Shown here piece after piece: positions 16,455-24,067 of a stretch of 64,000 nt of DNA (position 1 is its first letter; the number at the start of each line of letters is the position of its first letter). The stretch spans positions 715-64,714 of the forward strand of contig DASPZP010000034.1 of the NCBI GenBank assembly GCA_035636195.1. The letters are read 5' to 3'. The notes below the pieces were generated by a model. That model saw only the letters and a list, made by a program, of their open reading frames with translations. It was not told where the DNA came from and ran no database searches. The DNA comes from Anaeromyxobacteraceae bacterium (GTDB taxonomy: Bacteria > Myxococcota > Myxococcia > Myxococcales > Anaeromyxobacteraceae). Made by a program: the position numbers and the translations under genes.

Positions 16455-16990
16455 GACGTCGCGCCTCCTCCGTCGGCCACGCCGTACCCAAGCGGATGGG
16501 TCCTCCTGCGGCCGGCGCGCAGCGCCCGCACGAACCGGAGGGACGCCAGACCGGCGAACGCGGCCGGGATCACCTGAAGCACGCCGGAGATCTCGAACCA
16601 AGCGTCGTTCGGCATCTCGTAAGTCGGAGGCGGGAACATGTGCAGCAGCAAGCCCCGAGGGGCGCCCGCCAGGAACAGCGCGTCCTTGGCGAGGTGGTTG
16701 TACACGCCCTCGAAGGCGCCGATGACGAGCACGGGGAACGCCAGGACGCCCGCAGCGAGGGCCCAGCCTGCGGCGCGGCCGGCCGGCGAGCTCGGGCGCC
16801 GCCGGTACGTGAAGTAGAGGGCGAGCAGGGCCGGGCTCATCCCGAGGGCCACGACGGCCCCGTGGAGACGCCAGGGCGTGTCGTACCGGATCCCGCCGTA
16901 GGCATGGTGGGCGGCGGTGAGGCCGAGCGTCGCGAGCGCGCCGAGCAGGAGCGCTCGCGCGTGCGGGTTCGGAGCAGCGGGGTCGCGCAT
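16451..16990 (-). CDS. Integral membrane protein (4 TM), unknown function
   Basis: MRDPAAPNPHARALLLGALATLGLTAAHHAYG... has four hydrophobic spans. Translationally coupled to the downstream membrane protein and divergent from the LysR gene. Confidence 0.65.
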   Translation of the reverse strand: MRDPAAPNPHARALLLGALATLGLTAAHHAYGGIRYDTPWRLHGAVVALGMSPALLALYFTYRRRPSSPAGRAAGWALAAGVLAFPVLVIGAFEGVYNHLAKDALFLAGAPRGLLLHMFPPPTYEMPNDAWFEISGVLQVIPAAFAGLASLRFVRALRAGRRRTHPLGYGVADGGGATS

Positions 16991-17092
16991 GGTGCGTGTT
17001 ACCTCTCTCTCCCGTGCGCGCTCGCGCGGGATGCGCGCCGCGACGGGCATGCAGATGAGCTAGGTTGTGCGTGTGGTGCACGCTAGATACAT

Positions 17093-17115
17093 CCACGCAC
17101 AATACTTATGCGTGG
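17093..17115. promoter_or_regulatory. Inverted repeat CCACGCA-N9-TGCGTGG in the LysR divergent intergenic region (candidate LysR box)
   Basis: Perfect 7-bp arms at 17093-17099 and 17109-17115, with an AT-rich spacer caatactta. About 30 bp upstream of the LysR start. Confidence 0.35.
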
Positions 17116-17145
17116 AGCGCATCGACGAGGCGAACGGGAGGCGCG

Positions 17146-18045
17146 ATGGATCGGCTCGGGAACATCGAAGCGTTCGTGGAGGCCGCGGAGCTCGGCAGCT
17201 TCACGCTCGCCGCCGAGCGGCTGCGGCTCAGCCCATCGGCCCTGAGCCGGCGGGTGGCCCAGCTCGAGGAGGAGATCGGCGTGCGCCTCTTCAACCGGAC
17301 GACGCGGGCGGTCCGGCTCTCCGAGGACGGGCGGGCCTTCTTCGAGCGCTCCCGGGGTGCGCTACGGGAACTCAAGGAAGCGCAGGACGCGATGTCGCGC
17401 CTGCGCGACCGTCCCGCCGGGCTGCTGCGGGTGGAGGCCCCCTCGATCCTGGGACGCCACGTGATCGTGCCCGCCCTCGCGCGATTCGCCTCCCGCTACC
17501 CCGAGGTTCAGGTCGAGCTCTCGCTTCGCGACCACCCGAGCGACCTCGTGTCGGAGGGAATCGACGTCGCGCTGCGCCTCGGCGCGCTCGAGGACTCGGG
17601 GCTCATCGCGCGGCGGCTCGGGCGGACCCGGATGCGCGTCTGCGGCGCGCCCGGCTACCTGCGCCGCAGGGGCACGCCACGAACGGTGGAGGCCCTCTCA
17701 CGCCACGACCGGCTCGCGCTCTCCTTGCACGGCCGTGTGATCGCCTGGCGGCTGCGGGACGGAACGAAGGTGCGCGAGCTGTCCCCGAGCCAGCGGATCG
17801 TCGTGAACAGCGCCGAGGCGCTGATCGACCTCGCGGTCGGCGGCGCCGGGCTCGCCTGGGTCTGCGACTTCATGATGGCCCGGGGGCAGGCGTCCGGGCA
17901 GCTCGTCGAGGTGCTCAGCGATGCCGGGTGTGAGGAGCTCCCCATCCACGCGCTCTCGCTCCAGTCCCGAAACGTCCTCCCGAAAGTGCGCGCCTTCGTT
18001 GACTTCGTGGCGGCGGAGCTCGCGAGGAGCGGGGTCGAGACGTGA
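17146..18045 (+). CDS. LysR-family transcriptional regulator
   Basis: MDRLGNIEAFVEAAELGSFTLAAERLRLSPSALSRRVAQLEEEIGVRLFNRTTR is the canonical LysR wHTH. A substrate-binding domain follows. Confidence 0.9.
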   Translation: MDRLGNIEAFVEAAELGSFTLAAERLRLSPSALSRRVAQLEEEIGVRLFNRTTRAVRLSEDGRAFFERSRGALRELKEAQDAMSRLRDRPAGLLRVEAPSILGRHVIVPALARFASRYPEVQVELSLRDHPSDLVSEGIDVALRLGALEDSGLIARRLGRTRMRVCGAPGYLRRRGTPRTVEALSRHDRLALSLHGRVIAWRLRDGTKVRELSPSQRIVVNSAEALIDLAVGGAGLAWVCDFMMARGQASGQLVEVLSDAGCEELPIHALSLQSRNVLPKVRAFVDFVAAELARSGVET

Positions 18046-18202
18046 CCCGGCGGTGGGTCCTCTTGTCCGGCGATCCGCCACAAGAACCTGCGCCGACCGG
18101 AGCAGCCCGATCCCGACCGTAAGCGTGGCGTACACGACGAGCGTCGCGCTGGCGTAGAGGATCGCGCGCAGCGCGGGCAGGGGGCGAGGGCGACGTCCGG
18201 CC

Positions 18203-18340
18203 GTCACGCGCCGACCTGACAACGCGCAGCGAGCCGAGCTCCTCAAGCTTGCGACGCAGCGCGGGGAGTAGGGGTTCTCCTCGGTCATACGTGAGGCGCT
18301 GGAGCTCTACATCCGGCAACATCGCGCCAAGAAACAGGTC
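18203..18340 (+). pseudogene. Ribbon-helix-helix (CopG/antitoxin-like) remnant with an in-frame TAG
   Basis: ...AQRAELLKLATQRGE*GFSSVIREALELYIRQHRAKKQ. The SxxIREALxxYL tail is typical of RHH antitoxins. TAG at 18269-18271. No toxin partner nearby. Confidence 0.35.
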
Positions 18341-18387
18341 GTCGCGCAAGCCCTCGAGCTGGCGCGCTGTGCCGCGCGAATCCGCTG

Positions 18388-18560
18388 CGCAGCGAGCTCG
18401 GGTCGCGCCTCCTCTTCCACATCGGGCTCGAGGCCGGCTGGCGCTTCCGCGGGCACCAGGGTGTCTCGATCGTCTGGGAGCACCTGTCGAACAGCAGCTT
18501 CGCGCGCCCCAACCAGGGGATCGACAGGTTCGGGATCTGCCACGGTACCGGTTCAACTGA
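18388..18560 (+). pseudogene. C-terminal fragment of a second PagL-like gene (about 57 codons, frameshift near the end)
   Basis: RSELGSRLLFHIGLEAGWRFRGHQGVSIVWEHLSNSSFARPNQGIDRFGI... parallels the C-terminus of the 465-1286 product. At DNA level it is an inverted copy of 465-640. Confidence 0.65.
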
Positions 18561-18564
18561 GGCC

Positions 18565-19176
18565 TCACGCTCCGCTTGCTCGCGCCGGCTTCGCCGGCGG
18601 CAGCAGGAGGTCCTCGAGGAAGAACGCCGACAGCTCGGCTCGGCCGGAGAGCCCCGCCTTGCGGTACACCGTCAGCGCCTGCTGGCGGACGGTCTTCTCG
18701 CCGGTCCCGCGGAGGTCCGCGATCTCCTTGTGCGCGAGGCCCTTCAATAGCAGCAGCGCCACCTCGCGCTCCGCCGACGACAGCTCCCACCGATCGAACT
18801 GCGCGTCGATGGCGGCGCCGAGGCCGCGCATGAGGTCGTTCGCCTCGCGCTTCCAGCGCTCCGCCTCCGCCTGTGCCCGATCGAGGTCCCCCGCCAGCAG
18901 GCGTTCGCGCCGGCGCGTCGCGGCGAACCGGGACCAGAAGATCGCGCTCGCGGCGACCGCGATCGCCATGAGCGTGAGCTCGATCGCGGCGTGCAGGCGC
19001 ACGTCCCGCGCGTGAGCGTCCGCCAGGTAATCGGCGCAGACGAGCGCGGCAATGAGGAGGAACAGCCCGCCGGTCAACGCTGCGACCCACGGCCGAGCCG
19101 CTGCGGCATCCGTCCTGCCGCGAGTGTCGAACCCCACGCTTTTCCGTGGGTCTTTCTGATCGGGCATACGCCACAT
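18565..19176 (-). CDS. Membrane-anchored LuxR/GerE-family transcriptional regulator
   Basis: Two N-terminal hydrophobic spans, a coiled-coil-like linker and a C-terminal LSSAEREVALLLLKGLAHKEIADLRGTGEKTVRQQALTVYRKAGL GerE HTH. Start uncertain (19176, 19167 or 19212). Confidence 0.8.
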   Translation of the reverse strand: MWRMPDQKDPRKSVGFDTRGRTDAAAARPWVAALTGGLFLLIAALVCADYLADAHARDVRLHAAIELTLMAIAVAASAIFWSRFAATRRRERLLAGDLDRAQAEAERWKREANDLMRGLGAAIDAQFDRWELSSAEREVALLLLKGLAHKEIADLRGTGEKTVRQQALTVYRKAGLSGRAELSAFFLEDLLLPPAKPARASGA

Positions 19177-19233
19177 GGCGAAAGCGACGGAGGCCGGCGA
19201 CGCTCTCCGCACGAACCTGATCGGAGACCCGCC

Positions 19234-19782
19234 ATGACGACCGTACCGCTACACGCCGCCCTCGTCCACGTACCTCTCGGACTCGCCTTCGTCCTCCCGC
19301 TCCTGAGCGTCGGGCTCGCCCTCGCGCTCTGGCGCCGCCTCGTCCCGCGGAGGGCGTGGCTCATCGCCGCAGCCCTCCAGGCATGCCTCGCCCTGGGAGG
19401 AGTCGCCGCCCTGCGGACGGGAGAGCAGGACGAGGAGCGCGTGGAGCGCATCACCGGCGACGCGGCCATCGAGCGCCACGAGCGCGCCGCCGAGCGGTTC
19501 GTGTGGGGCAGCGCGATCGTCCTCGCAATCGCAGTGGCCGTCCTCGTCGTCCCCGCGCGCGCCACGGCGGCCGTCGCGGCCCTGGCGGCGCTCGGAGCCG
19601 TCGCCGTCGCGGGCCTCGCGTACCGGACGGGGAAGGCCGGTGGCGAGCTCGTCTACGCCAGGGGCGGCGCCGCGGCGTACGCCACCTCCCCTCGCGCCGC
19701 CAGCCTCACCGCCCCCGACGCGCTCGACCGCGGGCGTTTCCGAGCCCCCGAGGGCACCGCGCGCAGGGAGCACGACGACTGA
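19234..19782 (+). CDS. DUF2231-like integral membrane protein
   Basis: MTTVPLHAALVHVPLGLAFVLPLL... followed by 4 TM spans. Divergent from the LuxR gene. Confidence 0.7.
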   Translation: MTTVPLHAALVHVPLGLAFVLPLLSVGLALALWRRLVPRRAWLIAAALQACLALGGVAALRTGEQDEERVERITGDAAIERHERAAERFVWGSAIVLAIAVAVLVVPARATAAVAALAALGAVAVAGLAYRTGKAGGELVYARGGAAAYATSPRAASLTAPDALDRGRFRAPEGTARREHDD

Positions 19783-19824
19783 ATCACCCGCTGAATCACC
19801 CGACCCGATCCACAGGAGAAAGCC

Positions 19825-20481
19825 ATGATCACGAGAGCCCTCGTCACCGCTGCCGTCCTTTCCCTCGTCCCACTCTCCGCGCGCGCGCACTGCGACACGC
19901 TCGACGGGCCCGTCGTGAAGACCGCCCGCGCCGCGCTCGACGCGAACGACGTCGCCCCTGCCCTCGCGTGGGTGAAGCCGAGGCACGAGCAGCAGGTCCG
20001 CGCCGCCTTCCACAAGGCCGTCGACGCGCGCCAGCGGAGCCCCGCGTCTCACGCCGAGTCCGACCGCCGCTTCTTCGAGACGCTCGTGCGGCTCCACCGC
20101 GCCGGCGAGGGTGCCCCTTACACCGGGCTCAAGGCCGCCGTCGAAGGCGTCGGTGAGGACGTGCAGGTCGCCGAGCGCGGGATCGAGAAGTCAGATGGCG
20201 GCGAGATGGAGCGCATGCTCGTCGAGGCCGTGCGGTCGGGGCTCCGCGATCGACTCGCGACCCTGGCGGCGCGGCAGCCGCCGGGGCAGGACGTGGCGGC
20301 GGGCCGCGCCTGGGTGGAGGCGTACGTCGAGTACATCCACCACGTCGAGCGTCTGGAGGCCGCCGCACACGGCGGGGGCGCGCACCCGAACAGGCCGGCG
20401 ACTCTCGCCTCGAGCGGCAACGACCGAGGCCCGGGATCCTGCGATCCCGGGCCTCGCTCCTTCCGTGGAAATCCAGGCTAG
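19825..20481 (+). CDS. Secreted protein with HCDTLDGPVV N-terminal motif (DUF6448-like by recall)
   Basis: Signal peptide MITRALVTAAVLSLVPLSARA, then HCDTLDGPVVKTARAAL. Helical remainder with a His-rich tail. Confidence 0.7.
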   Translation: MITRALVTAAVLSLVPLSARAHCDTLDGPVVKTARAALDANDVAPALAWVKPRHEQQVRAAFHKAVDARQRSPASHAESDRRFFETLVRLHRAGEGAPYTGLKAAVEGVGEDVQVAERGIEKSDGGEMERMLVEAVRSGLRDRLATLAARQPPGQDVAAGRAWVEAYVEYIHHVERLEAAAHGGGAHPNRPATLASSGNDRGPGSCDPGPRSFRGNPG

Positions 20482-20555
20482 CAACGGCCTCAATTGCTCG
20501 CGCGGGCCGGATCACGCCGTCCGCGTTAGTGGTTCAAGGCGTTTTGAAGGACATC

Positions 20556-20586
20556 GGGCCGGCCTGGGTTCCGGCCTTCTTCTTTC
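20556..20586 (+). terminator. Rho-independent terminator candidate
   Basis: GGCCGG-cctgggtt-CCGGCC stem-loop followed by TTCTTCTTTC, about 75 bp after the 19825-20481 stop. Confidence 0.45.
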
Positions 20587-20794
20587 GGTCCTGCTCTCCG
20601 GTAGCAAGTCGGCAGCAAACCGCGCCACCTCGCGCCGCCCCGCACGGCGCAGCATCAGCCGATCGGGAATGGGGTCCCTGGGCCGCCGCTGCCCTGGCGT
20701 CCGCTGCGAAACGCCACAGATTTGGAGCGGAGGTCGACGTGGAATCGAAAGCTCGAATGTCTGCCGCGCAAGAGGACCGTTCACGGAGGACACC

Positions 20795-21499
20795 ATGACG
20801 TTCAAAAATGAAACGCGGACAGTGGAGCTCGCACTGGGTGACCTGGAGCTCACCGGCGATCTCATGATGCCGGAGGGGGCGACCGCGATCGTCCTGTTCG
20901 CGCACGGCAGCGGCTCGTCGCGGCTGAGCCGCCGGAATCGCTTCGTCGCCCGCCAGCTCGCGGACGCCGGACTCTCGACCTTGCTGTTCGACCTGCTCAC
21001 GCCCGAAGAGGAAGAGGAGGAGAGCCGTTCCGGCGCGCTCCGATTCGACATCCCGATGCTGGCCGACCGACTGGAGCGCGCGACCGAGTTCGTCCGCGGA
21101 CACTCCGACACGCGCCACCTCGCGATTGGCTACTTCGGCGCGAGCACCGGGGCCGCGGCGGCGCTCATCTCCGCCGCGGCACGCACGGAGATCGTCGAAG
21201 CGGTCGTGTCGCGTGGCGGCCGACCCGACCTCGCCGAAGAGGCGCTCGATCGTGTGACCTGTCCCACCCTGCTCATCGTCGGGGGAGCCGATCAGCCGGT
21301 CCTCGACCTCAACGCGCGGGCATACGCTCGGCTCCGATGCAAGAAGCGCATCGAGGTCATCCCCGGCGCCACGCATCTCTTCGAGGAGCCCGGCGCGCTC
21401 GAGGAGGTCGCCCGGGTCGCGCGCGAGTGGTTCCGGCGCTTCCTCGTGGAAGAGACCGCACCGCGAGGGCTCCTCGAGGGCCCGGACCAGCACCCGTGA
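20795..21499 (+). CDS. Alpha/beta hydrolase, dienelactone-hydrolase-like
   Basis: ATG 20795 is preceded by GGAGGA. IVLFAHGSGSSRLSRRN..., nucleophile elbow GASTG and C-terminal GATHLF. The long N-terminal extension in the ORF track is Arg/Ser-rich and judged non-coding. Confidence 0.85.
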   Translation: MTFKNETRTVELALGDLELTGDLMMPEGATAIVLFAHGSGSSRLSRRNRFVARQLADAGLSTLLFDLLTPEEEEEESRSGALRFDIPMLADRLERATEFVRGHSDTRHLAIGYFGASTGAAAALISAAARTEIVEAVVSRGGRPDLAEEALDRVTCPTLLIVGGADQPVLDLNARAYARLRCKKRIEVIPGATHLFEEPGALEEVARVAREWFRRFLVEETAPRGLLEGPDQHP

Positions 21500-21532
21500 C
21501 ACGCGTCTCGCTCTCGCCACGCTCACCGTGAT

Positions 21533-21979
21533 TCATTCCTGTTCACGTCCTCGCAGCGCTTCCTCGCGCTGTTTGAGCTCATCGAGCGGCACGTCCTGCA
21601 GGTGCGTGGAGATGTACCAGCGGTTCCCGCAGGGATCCTCCACGTCACCTTCCCGATCGCCGTAGAACCGATCGGCGGGCTCCCTCAAGGAGGAAGCACC
21701 CGCGCGCATGGCGCGCTGGTACACGGCGTCTGCGTCCTGTACGTAGAAATGGATGGCGCACGGCATCGGCTTGAGCTTGCCGTCTGCGTCCGTCATTTCA
21801 ATGAACGAGTCGCCAATCTCCACCCGCGCGTGCGAGATCGTCCCATCCGGACGGTTTGCCCGGAAGATCTCACGCGCTTCGAAGGCGTCTTGTAGGAACT
21901 CGATCAGCTTCGCGGCGCCGTTCACCTGCAGGTACGGCGTCACGCTGTGGTAGCCCTGCGGTATGGGTGCTGTTGCCAT
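21533..21979 (-). CDS. VOC/glyoxalase-bleomycin resistance family protein
   Basis: 148 aa. YHSVTPYLQVNGAAKLIEFLQDAF...HARVEIGDSFIEM...DPCGNRWYIST is the typical paired beta-alpha-beta-beta-beta VOC pattern. Confidence 0.85.
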   Translation of the reverse strand: MATAPIPQGYHSVTPYLQVNGAAKLIEFLQDAFEAREIFRANRPDGTISHARVEIGDSFIEMTDADGKLKPMPCAIHFYVQDADAVYQRAMRAGASSLREPADRFYGDREGDVEDPCGNRWYISTHLQDVPLDELKQREEALRGREQE

Positions 21980-22142
21980 GGTTCACCGCCCTGACCCAAA
22001 CCTGCGGCAGCGACCCGGTCACCGCACGTCCTGGGCCGGGCGAGCGCACGAGCTGGCGTATCGCTCGTAGGCTCACGAGCGACGCCCTGCTTGGACCACC
22101 GCCCCCACACGGACATGCGCCAGGCGAGTGCTCCGGAAGGCG

Positions 22143-22591
22143 CTACGGAGGCCAGGGCTGGTGCGGACCCGAGAGCGTGCGCGCCGCGTTCACCAGCGCC
22201 ACGTGGGAGAACGCCTGTGGGAAGTTGCCGACGAACCGGCGCGCGGACGTGTCGTATTCTTCAGCGAGCAGCCCGACGTCGTTGCGAATCGCGAGCAGCC
22301 GCTCGAAGAGAGCGCGCGCCTCCTCTTCCCGCCCGACGAGCGCGAGGCACCGCAGCGGAACTCGGTGTCGAGGACCAGCGTCTCGCCTCGATAGGCACGG
22401 GTGACGCCTCGGGCCGGGAGCGCCGGCCCGAGGATCCAGCGCCCGTGCTCGGGGCCGCCGAGCAGCGCCGCGAAGCAGGCGTCGGAGTCGAAGCACGGAA
22501 AGCACAGCCAGTCGATGGACCCGTCCTTGCCGACGAGCGCCGCGGTCTGCCTGTCGCCGACGATCGCGTAGTCCTCGAGCCGCAAAGCCAT
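22143..22591 (-). pseudogene. GH15 (glucoamylase/trehalase-like) gene with a large internal deletion
   Basis: N-terminus MALRLEDYAIVGDRQTAALVGKDGSIDWLCFPCFDSDACFAALLG...TLVLDTEF, then in another frame the extreme C-terminus ...EEARALFERLLAIRNDVGLLAEEYDTSARRFVGNFPQAFSHVALVNAA. The central catalytic barrel, several hundred aa, is absent. Confidence 0.7.
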
Positions 22592-22715
22592 GGCGTCACC
22601 GATCTCGGAGCATCACCTCGACACAATTGCTCATGCCGCCACCGAGCCGCGTGCCCGACCGCCAGGAGACGCAGCGCGCGACCGGCGGGACGCCTCGATG
22701 ACGGACGAGCGAGCT

Positions 22716-24065
22716 TCAAAGCACGCGGCCATTCGATGCGATGACGCTGGAGTAGAAGTGAGCGCTGGCCTTCGGCGTCCGACGCTGCGACGCGAAGTCG
22801 ACGTGCACGATCCCGAAGCGCTTGGAGAAGCCGTGCGCCCACTCGAGATTGTCGAGCAGTGACCACACGAAGTAGCCGCGCACGTCGCAGCCTGCCACGA
22901 GGGCACGCCGCAGGGCGCGCAGGTGCGCGCGGAGATACTCCACGCGCAGGGGGTCCTCCACGACAGCAGCAGCCGGCGCTGGCACCGGGTCGGGAAAGGC
23001 CGCGCCGTTCTCGGTGACATACAGCGGCACGTCGCCATAGCGCTGCTTCACCCAGGACAAGGTGTCCTGGAGGCCCTGGGCGTACACCTCCCACCCGGTC
23101 TCGCTGTAGGTAGCCCCTGCCTGCCGTACCGCCGAGGCCCGCAGCGGCCAGCTCTCCGCGTCGGCCCGCATGACACTGCGGGTGTAGTAGTTGACGCCGA
23201 GGAAATCGACGCGTGCGCGAAGGGCGGCCACTTCCTCGGGCGGCCAGCCGGGCCAGGCCTCGCCGAAGACCTCCTGGAGCTCCTCGGGGTATCGGCCCTG
23301 GAGCGCGGGGTCGAGGTACTGGCGATTCATGTAGGCGTCGGCGCGCTGCGTGGCCGCGGCATCCTCCGGGCTCGGCGAGGCGGGATGTTTCGGCTCCAGG
23401 TTGACGACGAGGCCGATCTGGTGCCGCCCCTCGGCGCGGTACGCCGCCACCGAGGCCGCGTGCGCCCGCAGGAGGTTGTGCGAGGCGCGCGGGGCCTCGT
23501 AGGGGCTCTGATGACCGGGCGCCAGCACGCCGTGCAGATAGCCACCGTCGGCCACCACCCAGGGCTCGTTGATGGTCGCCCACAGGCGGACGCGATCGTC
23601 CAGCCGCCGGAACACCGCGCGCGAGTATTCCGCGAACCACTGCGAGCTGTCCGGGTTGAGCCAGCCGCCGCGGTCGTCCAGGGCAGCGGGAAGGTCCCAG
23701 TGATACAGGGTCGCCATGGGCTGGATCCCGTGGGCGAGCAGCTCATCCACGAGCTGCTCGTAGTGGTCGAGCCCTCTGGAATTGACCGCGCCGGTGCCCC
23801 CCGGGAGGACGCGCGCCCAGGAGATGCTGAAGCGATACGCCTTCAGCCCCAGCTCGCGCATCAGCGCGACGTCCTCTCGAAAGCGCCGGTAGTGGTCGCA
23901 GGCCACGTCCCCGGTGTCGCCGTCGCGGATTCTTCCAGGCGTGTGCGCGAAGCGGTGCCAGATGCTTGGCCCGGCCCCGCCGACCAGCGGAGAGCCCTCG
24001 ATCTGATACGCCGAGGTCGCCGCGCCCCACAGGAAGTGCTGCGGAAAGGTCTCGTGGTCGTCCAC
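22716..24065 (-). CDS. GH1 beta-glucosidase
   Basis: FPQHFLWGAATSAYQIEGS, YRFSISWARV, TINEPW (acid/base Glu) and YVTENGAAF (nucleophile Glu). GTG 24065 lies 2 nt after the GH94 stop. The ORF-track N-terminal extension overlaps GH94 and is rejected. Confidence 0.9.
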   Translation of the reverse strand: MDDHETFPQHFLWGAATSAYQIEGSPLVGGAGPSIWHRFAHTPGRIRDGDTGDVACDHYRRFREDVALMRELGLKAYRFSISWARVLPGGTGAVNSRGLDHYEQLVDELLAHGIQPMATLYHWDLPAALDDRGGWLNPDSSQWFAEYSRAVFRRLDDRVRLWATINEPWVVADGGYLHGVLAPGHQSPYEAPRASHNLLRAHAASVAAYRAEGRHQIGLVVNLEPKHPASPSPEDAAATQRADAYMNRQYLDPALQGRYPEELQEVFGEAWPGWPPEEVAALRARVDFLGVNYYTRSVMRADAESWPLRASAVRQAGATYSETGWEVYAQGLQDTLSWVKQRYGDVPLYVTENGAAFPDPVPAPAAAVVEDPLRVEYLRAHLRALRRALVAGCDVRGYFVWSLLDNLEWAHGFSKRFGIVHVDFASQRRTPKASAHFYSSVIASNGRVL

Positions 24066-24067
24066 GG

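Noticed and set aside
17698-18288. 196-aa minus-strand ORF overlapping the LysR 3-prime end (one TM-like segment LRAILYASATLVVYATLTVGIGLL)
   Set aside because: Two thirds of it overlap the well-supported LysR gene. The non-overlapping part is antisense to the RHH-like frame. There is no RBS or conserved motif. A tiny membrane peptide cannot be excluded.
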